A stretch of 64,000 bases of DNA, taken from positions 2,624,001 to 2,688,000 of the forward strand of contig CH464491.1 in NCBI GenBank assembly GCA_000002445.1, written 5' to 3'. Positions 11,128-21,610 of this stretch are shown piece after piece (within the stretch, counting starts at the first letter, position 1; each line of letters starts with the position of its first letter). The notes under the pieces are model-generated. The model did not search any database, was not told the DNA's origin, and saw only the letters and a program-made list of their open reading frames with translations. Origin of the DNA: Trypanosoma brucei (Eukaryota). Position numbers and translations under genes: made by a program.

Positions 11128-12919
11128 ACTCCGAACGGCTGATGCGAATGCGCCGTGGAAAAGAAAATGGGCAGATGACTATAGGCGGAGCAAGATGAAA
11201 GACTAAGTAAAGTGAATGTCGGTTGATGAGAGGGGAATGGTTGCGAGCACAGTATACAGAAAAGGAGGCAATAGGAAGAAAATGACAGCTTCGAGGTGGC
11301 AAATTACGAGGTTGAAGACACGTGGCGAGGCGAGGTGTATTAACATTTCGGCTGAGTGGGGGTTTCAGTTAAAGTGGCGCGTTACTGCGACGGGTTCCCT
11401 TGTGCTTGTTGTAGACGTCTAAGATAGATGAATTGATACAAGGAGAATTTCTATTCATAAAACTGTCGTGTGTGCACGCGAACGAATGGAAGCAACTGCG
11501 TAATCCAAGCACAAGCACAGATGCACCTAAAAACACGACATCATTAGCCGAGTGAAAAAGCTGCACAAACCCCTGTGGGTATGTAAAAGAGCGCTTGTAA
11601 ATGAAAAAAAAATGAGCGAGATAAAACCCATAGGTAAATAAGAGTATACAAAGGACATAATATCGTTTTTTCCCCTTTTGGAGCGCAGTAGCGTGACAAA
11701 TATAGCTGAGGAGAGTAGCTGATGCTCGTGCTGCATTATACCACATGCAGTACTTTCACACTCCTCTTCCTCTTCTTATTTTCATCCTCCTTTATTTTTC
11801 TTCCCGTCAATGTGTGAGGATGGCTAATTTTTTTCTTTTTTCGTTACGTAAAATTTTCTTTCTTTGTTCCGTGGGTTTTCCCCCCTTTTATGCTTTTATT
11901 TGTTGTTCACATGTTAGCGTTCGATCGGAGCGGCGATTGATAATGAGAGGGAGGGGGATGATGTGGGTCTACCAGTTTGGTAGCCGGTTGCCGTTGATTT
12001 CGTTTTTGTTTTTGTTTTTTTTATTTCTTACGTTTTGGTATGAACATATGCCGCTCCACCTCATTTCCTTTCCAATTGAGCACCTGGTGGGAAGCCGAAA
12101 AAATAGGGATGGTTTGAGTAAAAGAAAGGGAATGAGGCGGAGCGGCATGTGATCTTCATAGGTGAGTGAACGTGGGGAGTAACTCCCCTTTTTTTTTTCC
12201 TAAAAAAAGGCACCAAGTACAACAAAGCGAATATAACGCACTTCAACTATAATGAACGAACGCTTCGAGTTTCTTTTTGTTTTTCTCTCTTATTTGTAAA
12301 AGCGATGTGTGCATATACGTGGTTAAGGAATTGACCTAGTGAAGCAGTGTTGAAAGGGTTTAATCCCTAAGAAAAAGGGGTAATAGGTGATGGAGGGGAA
12401 AGTCACAAAAAGGAAATTAAAGCAAAAGAGCTGGAGGAGGGGGGGGGGTAAAGCAATGTTAGGTGTACCTGTGGGAGAAAATTATTGCGAAAGAAGTGAA
12501 TGCACGCAATGAGTTTGTTTTCCCCCTTTTCTATTCTTTATTACTTTTTTTCAAGAGTGTAACGTACGCCGTGGTTGGGGTTAAAATGTCGCCACACGCC
12601 ACTTCGGCGCTTGTGTGCTCTGCCACACTGTGAGTGTACTGATGTTGGGTGCTCGCCCCTGCAGAGCTTGTGTGACTACTCCCAAATATATTATGGATAA
12701 GTGATTATTTTTCATTTGCGTTTTTATTTTTCCATCCGTTTCTCCTCTTGGTAGTTTTTTTTTTTTTGCGCAAGCTGAAAGGTCACGCATTGATATGTGT
12801 GCCCAAGGATATCGAACCTAGGTGAATTAGGTGTGTTTGAAGTTGAATAGGCGTAGAAGGATATTGCACTTGTTGTGGTTCCGTCACCGTTTTTTTTTAT
12901 TTCTCCCTCCACGCCTTAC

Positions 12920-12940
12920 GGGGGTGGGGGGGGGTGGGGG
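12920..12940 (+). repeat. G5-T-G9-T-G5 tract (potential G-quadruplex-forming sequence) in a long intergenic gap
   Basis: gggggtgggggggggtggggg read directly. Confidence 0.8.
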
Positions 12941-13685
12941 AAAGGTATCCGCTTAGTTGAATGCGGTGGCAGCCACAAGCACTCGGCTGTACTGCAGCCT
13001 CCGACTTTACACAAAAGTGAGTAGATGTGTTATACCCTCATTTTTTGTCTTTCTTTTTTTTTTTTAGCGTGTAACCAACTGGTTGATCATTTGTTTCTCT
13101 TTAGGCTTGCCCCCGATGACGGGGGAGGGGAGCATCAAAATATGTATCCGGCGAGTTGTTACCTAATCAAGAAAAGAAGAGGAGCAGCGAGACGCGTTGT
13201 CTGTGTGCACACGTGTGTAAATATGGTTGTTTGATGAAGGGATAAAACTCAATGCTCGCGAAGTGACTTTGCAAACCAGTTTATTTACTAGTACTATTGC
13301 CATGTCAGTAGCTGTTTCTGTGCTGTTTTGTCAAAAGTTGGGTGGAGGGAAGAGGAAGAGGGAAAGTGTGTGTTGCAGTGGCTACGTCCCCGCTTCTATT
13401 TAACTATCCCTTTTATTTTACTGTGGTTTCTGCCACTATTTTGCATACTTCAAAAAAAAAAATAAATAAATAATAAAAACAAGAAAAAAACTCATCGTCA
13501 CGCTGCCATTCTTATTACTCCATTTTGTAGGGTGCCTTGTTTAATAGTAGGTGGGGCCTTGAAGTGTTGGTGTAGTGTCGCTCGACTATTGAAACGTGTG
13601 TGGCTCCAGTCCTGAATGCTGACTTGCATACGGGACAGGAAATAGCAAGGGCCCCCCTCCAAAACGGCGACAACAGCAACGAAAT

Positions 13686-14609
13686 ATGTCACTACCAAGA
13701 AGAATGTGCATGTTTGCTACCTGTCAAAGCAACAGGAAGAGTTGCAGTATGCGCCAAAGCTCAGTGACTTCTGAGGGCTACCGGTATTCTTCTACATTTG
13801 CTGCGGGTCGGTTGTTTGATGCCGTGTACGTCATTAACCTTGACCGACGTCCAGACCGCTGGGAGTTTGCGACGCAGCAGTTGAGCCGCGCAGGTTTCCT
13901 TCATGAGGAATACGTTCGGTTTCCGGCAGTAGATGGCAGGAATGTTGATCTTCAGAAGGCACACGCATGCGGTTTGATTTCGCGGCTCGGGTTACTTCGT
14001 CTGCAGGAACCTGAGCATCGCCGTATTTGGGGGATGGACTTGAATCCCGGGGCTGTGGGATGCGCGTTAAGCCACGCATTGTTGTGGGCGCAGATCGCTG
14101 CGAGTCGTCATCGATCTGTTCTTGTTGTGGAAGACGATTCTTTGTTCCCGCAAGACTTTCATCACAAATACGAGGCTCGTGCAAAGCAAGTTCCAAGCGA
14201 CTGGGAGCTGCTATATGTTAGCGGTCTTGACACGGCGGGGCAGGCTCCGCAGTTGCGAGTGGCTGAGGGTGTGTGTCGAGTGCCACAAATGCATCGTACA
14301 ACAAATTGTTACGTGGTTTCGCACAGGGGTGCCCGCCTCTTGTTGGATGCTTGCTTCCCTGTAACTTACCAATTGGATACAATGATGACGCTGAGGACTG
14401 CGGGTGACGGCGCTGGTGGTGTACCTTACGTAACGGTGCCCAACTGTTATACACTGCAGCCTCCGCTGGTGGTGCAAGCGACCCGAATGGGTTCAGACAT
14501 TCAAAGTGCGAGCGGTGGCGTATGTGATAGGGATGAGGTGGAAGAGGAAAGGGCAAGGTGTAGGGCCGCAGGGTGGGAAGTTCAGGAGACTGGAACCCTT
14601 GTACCGTAG
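13686..14609 (+). CDS. glycosyltransferase family 25-like protein (LPS/collagen beta-galactosyltransferase fold)
   Basis: VYVINLDRRPDRWEF..FPAVDG N-terminal signature and DxD-type motif (VLVVEDDSLF), typical of GT25 (Lic2A/LgtB, GLT25D). Confidence 0.7.
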   Translation: MSLPRRMCMFATCQSNRKSCSMRQSSVTSEGYRYSSTFAAGRLFDAVYVINLDRRPDRWEFATQQLSRAGFLHEEYVRFPAVDGRNVDLQKAHACGLISRLGLLRLQEPEHRRIWGMDLNPGAVGCALSHALLWAQIAASRHRSVLVVEDDSLFPQDFHHKYEARAKQVPSDWELLYVSGLDTAGQAPQLRVAEGVCRVPQMHRTTNCYVVSHRGARLLLDACFPVTYQLDTMMTLRTAGDGAGGVPYVTVPNCYTLQPPLVVQATRMGSDIQSASGGVCDRDEVEEERARCRAAGWEVQETGTLVP

Positions 14610-14990
14610 TGGGTAACCCTGAAGGCATGCAGATATGGTTGATATAACCGTGCTCTATCCACGTAAACTGGTCTAAATGAAATGTTAAGTGTGCACTTTA
14701 CAACGTACTATTTCCATTGTTTATGTGTTGATTGCTTGCAGCATCGTGTGTAGGCGGAAACTATTGGGATACTGTTTCTGTAGCTGGTTTATTTTTGGTC
14801 ACCAAAGTGGTGTTAAACTTGCGCTGTTCTCATACTACCCTCTCTGTTTATCGTCGGTTTTATATCCTTGTTGTGTCGGAATGTGCGGCACAGGGCTGTT
14901 GCCGACGGTCAAGCGTTTGTTGATTACTTTCTAGTAGGTACACACGTGTTTCCGGTCAAAGCAACGCGTCCGTCGACGGCAACCGGTTTG

Positions 14991-15032
14991 CTTTCTGTTT
15001 CGCTCTGATCCTTTTTTTTTAGCTGCTTCCAG
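14991..15032 (+). promoter_or_regulatory. polypyrimidine tract + AG: candidate spliced-leader trans-splice acceptor for the Snf7/CHMP3 gene
   Basis: ctttctgtttcgctctgatcctttttttttagctgcttccAG immediately 5' of ATG 15037. Confidence 0.55.
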
Positions 15033-15036
15033 GTGG

Positions 15037-15696
15037 ATGTTTTCCGGGTGGTTCAAAAGGGTGCCCCCCGAGGAAAAGGCCAAAGAGTGGCGGCGACAGT
15101 TGAACTCAGAAATGCGGAAGCTCGATCTTCAAATTAGAAAAATTCAACGAGAGGAAATGAAGGTGAAACAAACCGCCAGGCAGGCTGCAAAGAAAGGTGA
15201 CACTGTGGTTCTGCGGATGTTGGCGAAGGAGATTATTCATTCTCGCAAAGCCGTGAGGCGCCTCCATACCGCACGCACTCAAATGAACTCCGTTTCTATG
15301 CAGCTGCAGCAACAGGTGTCGCAGATTAAGCTTGCTGGGCGCATCGAGGCAAGCGCTGTTGTTATGACACAGATGAATCAATTGATGCACATACGCGAGG
15401 TGCGCGAGTCGATACAGTCACTAGGCAGAGAGATGACCAAAGCCGGGTTGATTGAAGAAATGATGAACGACACGATTGACGATGTATTGGACGGGGACAT
15501 CAGTGATACGGAACTGGAGGATGAAGTTGAGAAGGTTGTGGTGGAGGTTACGCAGGGGAAAATGGAGGGCACAGTGGTTGGTACATCGAGGCTCCCAGAA
15601 GTGCAACAGGAGCAAGAAGTGGAGAACGAAGGGGAGTTGGAGAGTGATGACGAGTTAGTGGCAAGGTTGAATATGCTTCGTGGGACTGTTAGTTGA
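15037..15696 (+). CDS. ESCRT-III Snf7-family protein, CHMP3/Vps24-like
   Basis: N-terminus aligns with CHMP3 (EWRRQLNSEMRKLDLQIRKIQREEMKVKQTARQAAKKGD.. LAKEIIHSRKAVRRLHTARTQMNSV); basic N-half, acidic C-half typical of Snf7 proteins. Confidence 0.85.
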   Translation: MFSGWFKRVPPEEKAKEWRRQLNSEMRKLDLQIRKIQREEMKVKQTARQAAKKGDTVVLRMLAKEIIHSRKAVRRLHTARTQMNSVSMQLQQQVSQIKLAGRIEASAVVMTQMNQLMHIREVRESIQSLGREMTKAGLIEEMMNDTIDDVLDGDISDTELEDEVEKVVVEVTQGKMEGTVVGTSRLPEVQQEQEVENEGELESDDELVARLNMLRGTVS

Positions 15697-16739
15697 CTAT
15701 TTCACTTTCTCTACTTCCTCAGGTGTGGAAGGACTGCCGGGTGTGAATGCGTCTGTGTCCGTGTGCAGAGAGGAGGGACTGTCGGTGGGAATACGATTAT
15801 ATTGTAGTCTGTGATTTCCCACCCTTTTTCTTTTTATTGAGTGCTTTTGCCTTTTTGCCTCTCAATAATCTTAGCGCTTCGCAACATGCGCCTCCCCTAC
15901 ATCCCTTGCTGATGGCGCGGCGGAAGTGTGAAGCATCTCGAAGAAGTTTTACGACGCGTCAACAGCAACGAGTCGACTAGAGGAAGTATGTGGAGATTTC
16001 GCTGCGGCACTTGGTTACACAAACGAGCGTAGGGAAGTGTTTTTACCACCTTTTTCGTGCCCTCTTCATTTATGATTTTCTTGCATACCTTCTCCACTTT
16101 CATTGGTGAATACTATTGCAAAGACGATGGGGGGGGGGTTTCATATAACGGCTTATCGCCTGCATCGCCAACCCAACACACGAAGTGGTCAGTTCAGGGC
16201 CAGTCTGATGGGGGCCGTTGCTCTTAGGCATTTCTTACGGTGTTGTGTGGAGTTGCTTTCCACACGGGTATGTGTGGGAACAACCTCTGTTGGCTCATGA
16301 TGCCGTGTGTTCTGGCTGCCGCTGGGAACAGAGCTGAGCGGCAGGGTGCAATAAGGGCCGCGGCAACTACTACAAAATTCGTCTCTTTTTCCTTTTCCTC
16401 CCTCTTTTCTCTCTTTCCACTTCCCCACCACTGGTGGAGGTGACGGTTCGCTCAGCGGTACATGCATATGTATGTGTGTCGGCGCATGTATGCATCTGTT
16501 TGTGAACGTTTTGCGAGTTTTCTAGTTTCTCTCTTTTTTTCGCTACGTTTTGGACGTTTCTTTTCTTTCCCCCCTCAATTTTGTGTGCGGTTCGCCTCAA
16601 CGACTGAAAAGCGGAGTACTAGTTGCTGCCTTACGCTCCATTCCTATTATCAGTTCCTTTACCTCGTGGACTGGTTTACACTCCAGTTCCCCACCGCCAC
16701 CTCCGCATCGTGGACGAAGTTTTATTTTAACCACTAGTT

Positions 16740-17813
16740 ATGTTGGAGCGGGAGCGGCCCCAAGAAAAGGAGCGGGGCGCTGGGCTTTTCAGCCGCTTCT
16801 TCCGCAAGATGGATGGCTGTGATGTGAAGATAATTCTGGATGGCAAAAGCGAATCTGATGTGGTGCGGGTTCACGACCCTCGCGACAACACAAGTGAGCG
16901 GCTCTACCGCTATTCTTGCGAAGAGCCAGTTAACGGCCGCGTAATGTTGAATCCCAAGGGCTCCTACCGCCACAACGGTGTCGATGTGATGCTTTTGGCC
17001 TACGCCGTGCTCCCTCAAGCAAGCGACCACAAAGTTGAATTTATCACACAAGTGAAGCGGTTTGAACCCGACACACTGCAGGGTGCCACTCCTTTGGAGT
17101 TCTCATTCACTGTGCTCAAGGAACACGAGTCTTACCGGGGTATAAATGCACGGGTGATGTACGTTCTCCGTGTGGTCGTCCATCGCCCGCTGAAGAATGT
17201 CACGGAACAAATGGAGTTTTGGGTGACTCGCGTGGACACCGTATTGAGCGATACTCAGCCGGACGCTCTACGGCATAGGAGCTACTTCCGTGAGACCGTT
17301 TTTGGTCCGAATTCCACTACCATGGACGTGGGTGTCACTAACATGCTACACATTGAGTTTATGTACGATAAAAGGTTCTTTCATCTCCAGGAACGAGTTT
17401 TGGGGAAGGTGACCTTTAAAGTGACCCACATGGATATTCGCTACGGCGAAGTGGGTGTGGTAAGGAAGGAAACTGTCGTTCCCCCACTCAGTGAATCGGA
17501 GGCGGTGAACATGGAGACATTGCAAAAGTTTGAGATAATGGATGGCACGCCTATTGTGGGCGAGGTAGTTCCCATACGGTTGTATCTGAATTGCATTCCC
17601 AACCTTACGCCAACTTACAAAAATGTGCAAGATTGCGTTAATGTACAGTACTTCCTAAATCTTGTGCTGATAACTGCTGACGGCAAACGGTTCTTCAAGC
17701 AACAGGAAATTGAATTGTACCGTAGACGTGGTCAGGAGGCATTGACATGGACGGCGTGGAGGCAAGATGATCCGGGTAAAGGGGACGGAGAGGCGGGTGA
17801 AACATCTCATTAA
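16740..17813 (+). CDS. retromer subunit Vps26 (vacuolar protein sorting 26)
   Basis: Strong colinear similarity to Vps26: ..HIEFMYDKRFFHLQERVLGKVTF.., KFEIMDGTPIVGEVVPIRLYL, VQYFLNLVLITADGKRFFKQQEIELYRR. Real start may be Met at 16809 (MDGCDVKIILDG). Confidence 0.9.
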   Translation: MLERERPQEKERGAGLFSRFFRKMDGCDVKIILDGKSESDVVRVHDPRDNTSERLYRYSCEEPVNGRVMLNPKGSYRHNGVDVMLLAYAVLPQASDHKVEFITQVKRFEPDTLQGATPLEFSFTVLKEHESYRGINARVMYVLRVVVHRPLKNVTEQMEFWVTRVDTVLSDTQPDALRHRSYFRETVFGPNSTTMDVGVTNMLHIEFMYDKRFFHLQERVLGKVTFKVTHMDIRYGEVGVVRKETVVPPLSESEAVNMETLQKFEIMDGTPIVGEVVPIRLYLNCIPNLTPTYKNVQDCVNVQYFLNLVLITADGKRFFKQQEIELYRRRGQEALTWTAWRQDDPGKGDGEAGETSH

Positions 17814-18883
17814 ATAGGTTGGAGGGGCGTCGGTGTGTAACGAAGAACATAAGACAAGTGTGGTGAATTGTGAGTGCATAGAACCAAAGTGGAAGAGTGT
17901 GAGAGATACGCCACCGTGTGAGGCTCCTGTGCTCACTTTTTTTTCTTTTGTGGTGGCGCATGAATGGGTGTCTGTTCCTTGCAAGTGGTGCCGACACGCA
18001 GAGGAAGGGCCAGTTGTGAAGGAAAGCAGGGGAACTGAGGGAAGTGGGGTGAGTTGAGCCAAAATCGCAAACAGTTGCTTTTTGTGTGGACCATGAACAG
18101 TATCCGGAGGGCTTCGGGCCGGTTTGTGTGAAGTCGCTACCGTTCCAGAGGTGTATCGAACTTTGAAGCATTCCGCTCGTACCTTTCCTCCTTTTTTGTT
18201 CGGTTCCTTTACCTTTACCTTTTCTAAACCTTTTCCTTACCTGCAGCTTAATTGTCATTTATTGCTTGTTTGACGTACGCTCGTTCTTTTGAAAGAGACA
18301 GTGCTTCTTCAGTGAAGAGACCGACACTTTTTTATCTTTGCTATTGGTATGCTTTCTTTTTTTTTTTTGCCGCAGCCTTCATGTCCCTTCATCATGGAGC
18401 TGGCGGTTGGGCTGGGGTGAAGGAGGCCAACAACGGTGGTGTGTGGTTGGTGATCGTTTAGCAGCCCGCTTATGCGTGTGTCTTTGTGTATTCATGAGAA
18501 AGGTGATCTCAAGTGATTATTTCCCCCTTTTGCGTGTGTCCGTCTGGGGTTTCTTCTGGCTCTATGTCCACGCGGTGCCCTGACGCCCATGAGTGCATTT
18601 ACCCCTTCGTGCTTTCACTCCTCACATGCATACGCCAATGTGTGTTGTCATTGTTATTTGTTTTATCGCGTCGTGTGGGATCCGGGGTGCCGTTAGTGAC
18701 ACAGAGATAGAGGGGGGGGGGGAGGCCGCTGCAGAGCTTCACATAAGTGCAGCGACAAAATATTGAAGATTACACAGCCCCTAAAACTTTGTTTGTGGTA
18801 ATTCAGGTGACGAGTAACTACCGATTGCCAAGTTAAACGACTCTAATTTGTTAAAATAATAATAAAAGAACAAAGGAATAAAC

Positions 18884-19825
18884 ATGCAACTCTTATCGTG
18901 GTCTAGCGCTGCCAAAGCACTTTTTGGTTTAACGGTTGCCAGATTGCTGCTTGCCTTCCTGTATCGGCGGCTTTACCGCCACTTATACTACCACCCACTC
19001 GTCCCTGGCAGTGTGGCACTGATTACTGGTGGAGGGTCTGGAATGGGGTTGGAATTTGCTCGGTACTTCGCCCGTGCTAGATGCCACGTCGTACTGGTGG
19101 GGCGAGATGCCGATGCACTTCGATCGGCGTTAGCGTCATGCGTGGAATTGGGTTCGCCAAGCGCAGAAATGGTAGTTGCTGACTTGAACACGATAGAGGG
19201 AACAAATTTAGTTTGCTTTGGGCTGAGAGATATTATAGAGCAGAAAAGGCTCCATGGACAGTTTAGGTATCTTGTGCTCAACGCTGGACTCGGTGCGATT
19301 CTTCCCTTTTCCAGCGGCGTACACTTCTACGAGACGTGCGAGTCTGTAATGCAGATTAATTACTTTGCTAACGTGCGGCTACTGCAGGGACTTCTCTCAT
19401 TGTTGGAGGAAACGCATTCGGCGGCCAACCCCTCGCGTGTTATTGTTGTGTCATCACTGGCAGGCGTTTTACCCTCGGTCCTGCGTAGTGCTTACACTGC
19501 TTCCAAACACGCCATACAAGGCTTTGCAAACGCGTTGCGTGGGGAGACGGAAGTGGCAATAACTCTCTTTTGTCCCGGGTACGTCGACACCGATTTCCAC
19601 AGCAAGGCAACACTCATCAAAGGCGATGGTGCACCCGTGACATCTCATCGTCGTGGCATGGCTCCGGATGTAGCTGTTGGGAAGTGTATGGAAGGCGTGT
19701 TGAGCGGTCGATCAGAGGTGCTAACTCCCTTCGTAGGCAAGTTGGGCTACATCCTGCGTCCCTTATTTACCCGTTTGGTAGATTCTAGGGCAAAAAAGAT
19801 GAGTCATCGCTCTCTCCAGAAATGA
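18884..19825 (+). CDS. short-chain dehydrogenase/reductase (SDR) family oxidoreductase with N-terminal hydrophobic anchor
   Basis: Rossmann glycine motif ALITGGGSGMGLEFA, NAG-like LVLNAGLG, catalytic YTASKHA (YxxxK). Confidence 0.85.
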   Translation: MQLLSWSSAAKALFGLTVARLLLAFLYRRLYRHLYYHPLVPGSVALITGGGSGMGLEFARYFARARCHVVLVGRDADALRSALASCVELGSPSAEMVVADLNTIEGTNLVCFGLRDIIEQKRLHGQFRYLVLNAGLGAILPFSSGVHFYETCESVMQINYFANVRLLQGLLSLLEETHSAANPSRVIVVSSLAGVLPSVLRSAYTASKHAIQGFANALRGETEVAITLFCPGYVDTDFHSKATLIKGDGAPVTSHRRGMAPDVAVGKCMEGVLSGRSEVLTPFVGKLGYILRPLFTRLVDSRAKKMSHRSLQK

Positions 19826-20056
19826 AAGTACCCGGTACCACGACAGAGGGGGGTTAAGTAGGGGGTTTTCACTTTTTTCGGTTTACTTTATCTTATAACT
19901 TTTGCCTTGCGGTGGGGATTTGATGCGTGTGGTGCGCATCAGTCAACACTCCTGCGCAACCCCTTCTTATAACTACCATTTTTCTGTCTCCAGTTTACTT
20001 AGTCACCTATTCTCTCTTCTCTTTTTCTTTTTTTCCTTCTACGAAGGGGCCAAACC

Positions 20057-20272
20057 ATGGCGAAGTCGAAGAACCACACCAATCACAACCAGTCGCGGAA
20101 GAACCACCGCAATGGGATTAAACCCCCGCTGCCGTTGTACATGTACAACTCGAAGCGCGGTGGGTGGCTGCCGGCCCTCGTTAACACCCGACGTGTGAGG
20201 AAGAACAATCAGAAGGCTGCGCTGAAGGCGCGCCGTGAGCGACTCGCCGCCCATCAGGCCGCACAGAAATAA
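20057..20272 (+). CDS. RPL29: 60S ribosomal protein L29 (eL29), copy 1
   Basis: 71-aa MAKSKNHTNHNQSRKNHRNGIKPP.. matches the eL29 N-terminal signature; highly basic. Confidence 0.9.
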   Translation: MAKSKNHTNHNQSRKNHRNGIKPPLPLYMYNSKRGGWLPALVNTRRVRKNNQKAALKARRERLAAHQAAQK

Positions 20273-20673
20273 GGAGTCTGTCTTATCGCTGCATGGTTAA
20301 GCGCGTTGTGACGTTCTTGATGGCCCCATTGTCTATTTTGCTGCTGTATTGCTGTGATTTTCTCTTTCATACGCCCCTTTCAGTTCTCTTGGGTTGTTTT
20401 TGCGTGCCGTCACAGTCGTATTTCTGTGGCCGGGCTGCATTAGCTACATTTAGTTGTAAACATGCATTCGTGCCTCATCTTGTTGCTAGTGTACCTGTTG
20501 TTGTTATTCCTCCCAACTTCCTCTCCTTTCTCACTTGTTTTTCTTTTTTTGCTCGCACGCTGTTTGTCACAATCTGGCATTTATCACGTGTGCGCCACCA
20601 AACAAAACGTCGGCACCTGCCTCCTTTTGTTTAACTGCGCCGCTTCTTTAGGAAGGTTATTTGATACTCGAAC

Positions 20674-20889
20674 ATGGCGAAGTCGAAGAACCACACCAAT
20701 CACAACCAGTCGCGGAAGAACCACCGCAATGGGATTAAACCCCCGCTGCCGTTGTACATGTACAACTCGAAGCGCGGTGGGTGGCTGCCGGCCCTCGTTA
20801 ACACCCGACGTGTGAGGAAGAACAATCAGAAGGCTGCGCTGAAGGCGCGCCGTGAGCGACTCGCCGCCCATCAGGCCGCACAGAAATAA
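20674..20889 (+). CDS. RPL29: 60S ribosomal protein L29 (eL29), copy 2 (identical)
   Basis: Nucleotide-identical to copy 1 over CDS plus 25 nt of 3' flank. Confidence 0.9.
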   Translation: MAKSKNHTNHNQSRKNHRNGIKPPLPLYMYNSKRGGWLPALVNTRRVRKNNQKAALKARRERLAAHQAAQK

Positions 20890-21183
20890 GGAGTCTGTCT
20901 TATCGCTGCATGGTGATTGGGGAAAAGCAGTGTCGATACTTTCCGCTTTTATTTTTCACTTCCTTTTGACATTTTCTTTTCTTCTATTTCCCTGTTACAT
21001 GATCTCGTTCATGTTATGGGTGCTTTTCTTCCAGTAACGAGGGATGGGAGTCTATAACACTTTTCTCCTCTATTTTCTCCCCTCATGTTTTTTTGATATC
21101 CTCTACAAATCCCTCCGTGGTCTCCCCCTTGTCACTGCAGCTGAAGTTCCCACTAGGATTTCTTAGGCGCACGTGTAGACGAA

Positions 21184-21201
21184 ATATATATATATATATA
21201 T
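21184..21201. repeat. (AT)9 microsatellite
   Basis: atatatatatatatatat read directly. Confidence 0.9.
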
Positions 21202-21214
21202 TTCACTTAATTCA

Positions 21215-21610
21215 TTGGCCCAACCTTCCTTTCTTTGGAAGATGATGCGCCGAACGCCGCCGGTCGCGCGTGTGGTCGTGAGTTCTTTCCTTCGTGAGCC
21301 ATCAGAGCGGAAGTCATTTAAGGAGACATTGGCGGAGTGCGACGCCAATGGTATCGACATGGCGAGTAGCTTAACCTCTGACTTTGCGCTTTTGCAATCA
21401 AAACTATTCAAATATCGTGTTGTTCGCCTAGGTGACGAGCTGCAGTACGTGTGTCGACACCCGCTGGGCAGTTTGCCGTCACTCCCGGCACTTGTAGTAC
21501 ACATCATTTTACTCACAACTGTTTTCTTCCTGTTTCGTAACTTGGGTCGGTTTTCCTCCACGGCATTGGTGAAGCCACCGGTGGCACTCCCTGGCGAAGG
21601 AGATAGTTAA
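21215..21610 (+). CDS. hypothetical protein (131 aa) with C-terminal hydrophobic segment
   Basis: + ORF directly downstream of an (AT)9 tract; possible TM helix (LVVHIILLTTVFFLF). A 132-aa minus-strand ORF overlaps, so coding status is uncertain. Confidence 0.3.
   Translation: MAQPSFLWKMMRRTPPVARVVVSSFLREPSERKSFKETLAECDANGIDMASSLTSDFALLQSKLFKYRVVRLGDELQYVCRHPLGSLPSLPALVVHIILLTTVFFLFRNLGRFSSTALVKPPVALPGEGDS

Larger units (their letters stand above)
20057..20914 (+). repeat. direct tandem duplication, two 241-bp identical units (20057-20297 and 20674-20914), period 617 bp
   Basis: Direct comparison of the two stretches: identical from ATG to ..cttatcgctgcatggt; upstream flanks differ. Confidence 0.95.

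Noticed and set aside
11745-12152. ORFs 11369-11746(-), 11745-12152(+), 12061-12246(-) in the long spacer
   Set aside because: Translations are Phe/Leu/Ser homopolymeric (polypyrimidine tracts read as protein) with no domain signal; most likely non-coding spacer/UTR.
12800-12830. tRNA-like T-loop motif (revcomp ggttcgata) at ~12808-12820
   Set aside because: The flanking bases cannot form the 5-bp T-stem or an acceptor stem; no cloverleaf could be built by eye.
19902-20815. + frame ORFs 19902-20198, 20293-20634, 20462-20815 around the RPL29 copies
   Set aside because: They are out-of-frame readings through the duplicated RPL29 unit and its pyrimidine-rich spacers (identical C-terminal ..RSRRTTPITTSRGRTTAMG.. 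in two of them), not independent genes.
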